IMG/VR virus record: IMGVR_UViG_3300045141_000191
Coordinates: 1-59,673 of that record
Source of the DNA: a virus
Taxonomy: Duplodnaviria; Caudoviricetes
Direction: 5' to 3' (one strand)
Length of the DNA stretch: 59,673 nt
Part shown: in pieces, positions 59,401-59,673 of the stretch
Numbering within the stretch: position 1 is the first letter of the stretch
How the letters are laid out: the number at the start of each line of letters is the position of its first letter
The notes under the pieces: generated by a model
What the model was told of the DNA's origin: nothing
Seen by the model: the letters and a program-made list of their open reading frames with translations, nothing else
The model's database searches: none
Made by a program: the position numbers and the translations under genes

Positions 59401-59673
59401 CGTCTGGGGGGGTGGAGTCCCTGCGGCCGCGCAGGACCGCGTCGAGTTGCTGGGATGGCTCGAGGAGGTACGAGCGGCGCGCGCCCATGCCGAAGTGCGG
59501 GTTCTTCGGGTCGAACGTCCCGCGGTTGCCGATGGCGCTCTTGATCTGGGTCGGCTTGAACACGGCGATGGTGTTCGTCTCGCCCGGCGTCGTGATCTTC
59601 GGGAAGAAGATCCCGTCGTGGCCCAGCGCCTTCGCCGTCTTGATCTCCTGCGTCATTTTCTCGCCGTTGTAGT
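56423..59673 (-). CDS. MuF-like polyvalent head protein, 3' part (open at the right end): ART-PolyVal C-half, MuF-like, H-type ART, ParB-like, zincin, VIP2/Alt-like ART
   Basis: GHDGI..VFKPTQIKSAIGNRGTFD; C..ANG..HPYCQR; YLYHAT..YFA; PLIV..ILEGAHRAAA; LAHEFGH..EEMLAD; YT..MNELLR..YRG..FMSTT..QKE. Confidence 0.85.
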   Translation of the reverse strand, partial: YNGEKMTQEIKTAKALGHDGIFFPKITTPGETNTIAVFKPTQIKSAIGNRGTFDPKNPHFGMGARRSYLLEPSQQLDAVLRGRRDSTPPDDSGWRRTRAEREAQGDGDGTPDPGDGQFHTDHEEAKRVAAILATLLAMAARNEAMSAAERLALGIDASTVEEIAVRVGRERAAELMGLTVAADGSFVVDPTAEKAITVTTEKQVNQVVDDALAAQARPVAVPDGATADEVDTSPSWASLFARLMGLYAFASYRPDVVADTETDEMGTTVQLLAWQDAGVEEVDVSDGELWDEPCIEANGQRWTIEQALDNPKEHPYCQRTFTPVTPLDDALGGVGDFLNQPVGAKLALVPEALGEWDPDLHPRDEGGEFTESGGGGGAGGVLPADSWPTATAHPDYLYHATNRENLADIQDEGKLKLFGPSHGTPDQNAWPDRGVERRAYFAQSPHAAQSFAPAEGKSALLRVRRDSHEFRAEGTGDFYTRKAVPTSRLEYLSVGGTWHPVAGSGSKLAAERQRLYDESESRDELGRWSAGGVVARADERYPKAGGVVDGREVLEYTPNLESIGASFSAGEHTVLPGVREVPVAAFESLKPHDMFYAASDHERVDRLAEAIKASGQIAPLIVAHDEKGPYILEGAHRAAALQKIGAKSFPAVVVVEHPATTQKLYAEDQPRDEGGRWTGGGVSSAIEGIKTATAADVAAGKVPNVSMGDPTKVGPMVLAQYQGEGQVHVFPDFFDQSEFGRAVTLAHEFGHEVAQRSASTQGWVEPLRPFRTNPDNPWNYDNFAGMSSRPEEMLADIYAELYHSKTQPWEEEGGRYAKAFGHVLDVASKAGLPLPRWYKGGAQKLEAEWDESLHPRDDAGKFADAAGGGPTSAGTRSLAISRVSPGYEPDRNEFKADVRARLEAAGLPPARAKFALEEVDRYTAYGAFRMNELLRGADSVPQGAEGVLRDKTAAILDFMDHTAAEPGTTYRGVVMPAADLARQLASGELRSPAFMSTTRDEQFTDRWLVQLREQQKNNPDTPVKGDTEVVYEIAGRNGVPFVETQAGWGQKEITYRPGTSFKIRSSRQDSSGRWHVQIEEKP

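Noticed and set aside
1-59673. Apparent abundance of TCGA/CTCGAG/GTCGAC sites
   Set aside because: Explainable by C-ending codons followed by GAN codons; cannot be tested without counting.
1-59673. tRNA or rRNA genes
   Set aside because: No cloverleaf with T-loop/D-loop consensus noticed in the short intergenic gaps; tRNAscan was not run.

Overview
The window is an almost complete, circularly permuted genome of a high-GC tailed phage (~59.7 kb). It is probably a siphovirus with a Mu-like head module, and the two window ends fall inside the same gene. Most genes are on the minus strand. Late region in gene order: TerS-like, TerL, DUF935 portal, giant MuF-like polyvalent protein, stand-alone ART, protease-scaffold-capsid fusion, two capsid cement paralogues, fibre genes, Mu-like gp36/gpG/gp37 neck genes, tail tube, tape measure, tail tip. 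Middle region: RecE-like nuclease, putative annealing/ssDNA-binding protein, VRR-NUC, two separate DnaB-like halves, HNH, and a DNA-modification cluster (DpdA/TGT-like, QueD, N6/N4 MTase, Mom-like XF1762, C5 MTase with an overlapping alternate-frame ORF). A plus-strand block of small early genes lies at 22.4-29.3 kb. The most striking feature is a ~15-aa tag (L-Y-x-E-D-Q-P-R-D-E-x-G-R-W and its HPRD variant). It occurs 9 times across three head-region genes, each time directly in front of a separate cargo domain: 4 ADP-ribosyltransferase-like, 1 ParB-like, 1 zincin and 3 His-heptad modules. This suggests a modular, protease-processed, capsid-packaged effector system. Other points: five sigma70-like promoters sharing a LacI-type operator, a parS-like site, a triple-hairpin element, and beta-clamp-like motifs on modification enzymes. 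I recognised no integrase, endolysin, polymerase or tail chaperone. All assignments come from motif recognition by eye; no searches were run.
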